Shown: piece by piece, positions 58,480 to 64,000 of the stretch
Position numbering within the stretch: position 1 is the first letter of the stretch
Layout: the number at the start of each line of letters is the position of its first letter
Source of the DNA: Lama guanicoe
Lineage: Eukaryota
DNA length: 64,000 bases
Assembly (NCBI GenBank): GCA_013239625.1
Contig: MU053561.1
Coordinates: 5,129,214 to 5,193,213 of the forward strand
Direction of reading: 5' to 3'
Notes under the pieces: model-generated
Seen by the model: the letters and a program-made list of their open reading frames with translations, nothing else
Databases searched by the model: none
Told to the model about the DNA's origin: nothing
Position numbers and translations under genes: made by a program

Positions 58480-58941
58480 GTTTGGATGCCTCTGTGCTCT
58501 TTGTGTCGTGATCAGATCTGCATCCCAGTGGGATGCTGTTGATGTGTTGAATTAAGGAGAGGTCTTCAACAAGTACTGTAGAGTAGTAAAGAAAGTTAAC
58601 CATAACTATTAATTTCCTCATATTTCATTGAGAGAATTTTTTGTTTTCATTTCATCTGGTGATACAGAGAGATGGCAGAAACATCCTTTGGGGATAGACT
58701 CTGTCCTCTGCAATCATTATGTCCCCCAAACTAAGCCATTCATGCTGCTTTAAAATGTAGAGAATCTGGATCTAGGGTAGAGTGATCATGTCTTTGGCCT
58801 TAGACGAGTGTGCATTTGTACTATAAACTCATCCTAGAATTTAAAGCCTTATTATGTGTACACTTTAAGTAGTACATAAAAAGAATAATTTGACTATTGC
58901 TCAACCTATTTTGAAGAATTCTTGTTATGAAGAACAGGTGA

Positions 58942-59667
<726 letters not shown>

Positions 59668-60476
59668 TGAACATTGTTTTTGGTCAACCCTGGTGTTGCC
59701 ATATCTTCTAGGATATAGAATACAGGTAACTCAAACGATGACACACACAATTTATATTGCCTTTTGTTGCCTATTATCCAAAATGTCTTCCTGTGTATCA
59801 TTTTACCAGTCTTGTGAGGCAATCAAGAGAAGCAGGTAAGTGTTGTTAACTTCATTTTAAAGATGAAGAAACTTAGGCACAAAAAGTTTATTAAATTGCC
59901 CAAAGGTCATACAGTTCTTGACCTGGGCCTGAAGCCAAGCTTTCCTGACTCAAAGTCCTGTGGCAGTTCACCAGCAGTTTATTGAACTTCACTGGACTAT
60001 GTATTGTGCTGAGTAGGCCACACAGAGTCACACCTAAGCTTACAGACTTTTTCATACCACTCTGTCTGGATTCAGAAGGCTAGAGTGAGTCACACAGTGA
60101 AAGCAGCTGGGGAGCTAAGTCCTGGGGGGCTTCAGGTGGAGGAGGAGAAAGAACCCTCATATGTGGAATAAAGTATGGTTACTTTTAGGGGCAGGGAAGA
60201 GGGAACAAAGACGGGAGTAGAAAGCCTGCAGTCAGGAGAGTGTTCCTAGCAGGAATACCCCCGTGTGGGTGTGCTGCAGCACACTGGCTGCCACGTGAAT
60301 ACCTTTGCTGCTGAAAGTTTTCAGCCTTGTTCAGTGGAAATTCCTTTTTACCACAGTTCCCTTTATATGGCAAACTTAGATTCTTATTTCATCCACCACG
60401 GGGGGAGTTTTTTAAAGGTATTTCTGGTCCCCTTTGTCTTTGCCTAGTGGAAAATTATCTTAGAATAAGGTACTAA

Positions 60477-60647
<171 letters not shown>

Positions 60648-60865
60648 TGACCCATAGTAGTTGCCCCCAATATATCTGTTGTTGAATAATAGGGAGGTTT
60701 AAATCTGTTTCCATCAGAGAAGCATAACAGGGTAGAGTCTTCAGGTTGCCATGAGTCAACAAGGCTGTTCTATAGATGGTGAAGAATGCTAGGATGACGT
60801 GGCTTGTTATTTTCCCACCTTTACCCCTCTTTTTGCTTTATGGCAGCATACTGTAAGCAGAGGCT

Positions 60866-61020
60866 TTGGGGGCTGAGACTAGGGTGAGGCAAGCAAGGTG
60901 CCTAGGATGCAGGCATTTAAAGAGGCACTCATTCTCAGGTTTGTGCAAGTGCTAGCTCTGTGCGTCTTCTTAAATTTCACACCCTGGCACCTTGCTTGCT
61001 TCACTGTAACCCCAGCTCTG
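60866..61020. mobile_element. Palindromic hAT MITE (MER96-like, tentative)
   Basis: Inverted arms GCAAGCAAGGTGCC (60889-60902) and GGCACCTTGCTTGC (60986-60999). Confidence 0.6.
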
Positions 61021-61312
61021 GTCACTCCATTGATACTGTCTTCAGAGCATCACTCAGCAACAGCACTCCACCACATTTGAACACAGCTTTCTGTTTTGCC
61101 TAGCGCTTTCGCAGACATTAACTCAGTTATCCTCATGGCCATCTGATAAGAGTGACATTCATTGAAGAAATTGTTGCCCGTGTCAGACATTTCTCAGATA
61201 ATCATTGACCTCCCCCTCCAACACTCATTTTACAGAAATTCACCCAGCAGTCTAGTCTGAATATATAACAAGATTCTAATCCTGTGCTCTTGTATCCTGA
61301 GCTGTGTTGCAG

Positions 61313-61416
61313 TGGTGGTGCAGACTTTCCGAGACCTGGTTTGGCTGTGTCCCCAGTGTACGGAAGCCGTGTGTCAGGCCCTGCCCGGCTGTGAGGAGCA
61401 CATTCAGGACAGCGAG
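61313..61416 (+). CDS. AP4B1: AP4B1 coding exon 7 ([15 protein letters not shown]...IQDSE)
   Basis: ttgcag|TGGTG ... GAG|gtagac; 104 nt. Confidence 0.95.
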
Positions 61417-62163
61417 GTAGACTGTAGCTCGCCTTTCCTTCCAGGCACAGGGGGATGCTCGGGACCCTGCTCTGGGAAATGGAATCTAATCATTCTTTTC
61501 TACCCAGTGTCTGAAGTGGAAATTCTCAGAATTGACTGCCACCTCAGATTCTCTTTGGGGTGTAGAAAAGGTATAAATGATAAAAATATTAGGATTTATC
61601 TGTGGTTTTATTACACATATTTTGATACCATTGTTCTCATGAACAGTTTTGAGTCAGAGACTCAGACCAGAGAGTTTTCAGCTGGAATGAAAATCAGAAT
61701 AATTTGTGGAATTTTTGCAAATATTTGGGCTTTACCCCAGGTCTGCTCAAATATTCAGGAGTGGTAGACCTAGACACATAGAATTTTAAGAAGCTTCACA
61801 GGTGACTTTGATGTGCATTCTAGGTTAACCACCACTTTGATGAAGTAACTTCGGGAAATCTTCCAGTAGCTTCCACTGAAGCATTAAACTCCAAATTGGG
61901 GCAGAGGTCCCAAAGCTGAGGAAACCTTACTGTTTAAGCAATCTAGGCCATGAGAGTCTTGAGTCTCCTTTTGTGTGCTAGAATTTCATTCCTCTTTCTT
62001 ACAGAGAGTGTAGTAGTGGGAGATCAATAAATGCAAGTTGAAGTAAATACAGTATTATACCTTTTCTGCTGACAGTAGGGGAAAAGCAAAATCTGCAGTG
62101 GTCTACTGTGGCCTGTGTTTTGGACAAATGTTGAGCCCCTGTTCTCACTCCCTTATTCCTCAG

Positions 62164-62371
62164 GGGAAGCAGGCGCTGATTTGGCTCCTGGGCGTCCATG
62201 GGGAACGAATTCCCAATGCTCCTTATGTGTTGGAGGACTTTGTAGAGAATGTGAAGTCAGAGACGTTTCCAGCTGTTAAGATGGAGCTGCTCACGGCACT
62301 GCTGCGTCTTTTCCTCTCCCGACCGGCCGAGTGCCAGGACACGCTGGGCCGTTTGCTGCATTACTGCATAG
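62164..62371 (+). CDS. AP4B1: AP4B1 coding exon 8 ([14 protein letters not shown]...LLHYCI)
   Basis: cctcag|GGGAAG ... ATAG|gtaggc; 208 nt. Confidence 0.96.
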
Positions 62372-62576
62372 GTAGGCTCCCCGGGAGGCAATGGTACCTG
62401 CCGTGACTGGCAGTAAGGTCTCACGGCTCTCATGTCTGGGACCCAAGAAGAAAATGTCACCGTTTTTTAGGGTTTCCTCCCTCCTTCATTTTTCTCTCCT
62501 ATTTTGGTTGGCATAGGGGTAGAAATAGTGTGTTGGGTTTTGTTTTTAATTAACTCAGTCTGTTGTTTTCCCTCAG

Positions 62577-62855
62577 AGGAAGAAAAGGATATGGCTGTAC
62601 GGGACCGAGGTCTCTTCTATTATCGCCTCCTCTTAGCTGGTGTTGATGAAGTGAAGCGGATCCTGTGCAGCCCTAAGTCTGACCCTTCTCTTGGACTTTT
62701 GGCGGATCAGGCAGAAAGACCTGTGAACAGCTGGGCCTCCGACTTCAACACACTGGTGCCAGTATATGGCAAAGCCCGCTGGGCAACCATCTCCAAGTGC
62801 CGAGGGGTAGAGCGTCATGGCCCAGAGCTTCCTAATGCATCCTGTGCCACATCAG
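62577..62855 (+). CDS. AP4B1: AP4B1 coding exon 9 ([18 protein letters not shown]...CATS)
   Basis: cctcag|AGGAAG ... TCAG|gtaaaa; 279 nt; [12 protein letters not shown] and FNTL adaptin motifs. Confidence 0.96.
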
Positions 62856-63118
62856 GTAAAAACTGTCTTTTCTTTGGACCTTGTCAGAAAACTCTTTATC
62901 TCTTGCAATGACTGGTAGAGAGTAGAGGACACTCTCTAAGTCTCAGCCTGTTGCCTGAATTTGAAATCTTTGTGAATAAGAAAGTAGTTCATCATTGGTT
63001 ATTTAAGCCATTTATCCACAGATAAGAGTCACATTATGTACGTTTGGACATCTAGATTTGACAATGTAGTTCCTGTCGATTAAGAACATCTCTTACACAA
63101 ACTTTTCAACTCTTTTAG

Positions 63119-63546
63119 GACCCCTGGTTCCTGCAGAGAACAAGGAGCGGGTACAAGATCTCCCCGATTCCGGAGCCCTCATGCTAGTCCCCAATCGTCA
63201 GCTAACTGCTGAGTGTTTTGAGAAAACTTGGCTTAGCCTCAAAGTTGCTCATCAGCAAGTGTTCCCGTGGCAGGGAGTGGTCCATCCTGACACCCTCCAG
63301 ATGGCCCTGCAAGTGGTGAACATCCAGACCATCGCCATGAGCAGGGCTGGGGCGCAGCCCTGGAAAGCCTTCCTCAGTGCTCAGGACGATACTGGCTGTC
63401 TGTTCCTAACAGAACTGCTGTTGGAGCCCGAGAACTTAGAAATGCAGGTCTCTGTGAAACAAAGCAAGGCGAGGACAGAGACACTGCACAGTTTTATTTC
63501 TGTATTAGAAACTGTGATTGGAACAATTGGAGACTTAAAGTCCTAA
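63119..63546 (+). CDS. AP4B1: AP4B1 coding exon 10: C-terminal ear/appendage domain and stop codon
   Basis: ttttag|GACCC ... AAGTCC TAA; 428 nt; total CDS 2217 nt = 738 aa. Confidence 0.96.
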
Positions 63547-64000
63547 CGACTTCTTGCCTGTCCTGAGTGAGATGAATAGCTGTCAGAGTTCCTTAGTTTT
63601 TCTCACTACAGCTGCTTGTAAGTCCAGATAATGTCAAATGCAAAGGAGAAGAGGAATCTAGGGATTAAGATTCTTATGCTTTTGTCCAAAGACCATTGAC
63701 ATATTCCTCTCATACTTATTGCTGAATGACCCCATTTTTCCAGGTGATATTGAAAAGGTTAATGTTGGTAAGCGGGTGGGAATGCGGTGATAGGATTTGG
63801 CTTTTTTTCTAATCAGTTTAAGGGGTTATTTTACTACTTAAAGATGCCTGAAGTCTCTGGACTGATGACGTCATCATTTTTGGGAGGCATCTTTTCTCCC
63901 CTGGATTACTGCAGTAAATTCCTTACTGTTCTCATGTTTCTAATCATGCTTTTTAGGCCAGAGATCAAAGTCCTCCGTGTGGCATCTAAAGTGCCTCTTC

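Noticed and set aside
62577..62855. AP4B1 one residue shorter (738 aa) than the human length I recall (739 aa)
   Set aside because: Most likely a single-codon indel in the variable hinge region; ordinary divergence.

Overview
Mammalian genomic DNA, most likely camelid, inferred from five tRNA-Ala-derived Vic-1-type SINEs and the absence of Alu. It covers the conserved HIPK1-DCLRE1B-AP4B1 neighbourhood. HIPK1 is on the minus strand, with a CpG-island first exon near 34.5-34.9 kb and coding exons 2-10 from 25084 down to 416 (2238 nt, 746 codons); the gene runs off the left edge. DCLRE1B (Apollo/SNM1B) is complete on the minus strand (4 coding exons, 1620 nt, 539 aa). It sits head-to-head with a complete AP4B1 on the plus strand (10 coding exons, 2217 nt, 738 aa) across a shared CpG-rich promoter. 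I read every exon junction by hand and each gene splices into a continuous frame. Introns and the 35-47 kb spacer are mostly old L1, L2, MIR, DNA-transposon and LTR remnants. I found no new multi-gene system, CRISPR array or true RNA gene. The most interesting signals concern RNA processing and translation: (1) a well-formed in-frame alternative terminal exon in HIPK1 intron 8 that would give a 703-aa kinase; (2) a GC-AG intron after the circularisation-prone exon 2; (3) a QKI/RBFOX-like motif cluster behind symmetric exon 10; (4) a splice-removable uORF in HIPK1 exon 1; (5) an AUGA-coupled uORF pair ahead of DCLRE1B; (6) a possible gene-conversion patch between two old L1 copies. Repeat subfamily names and human/mouse comparisons are from memory and need database confirmation.
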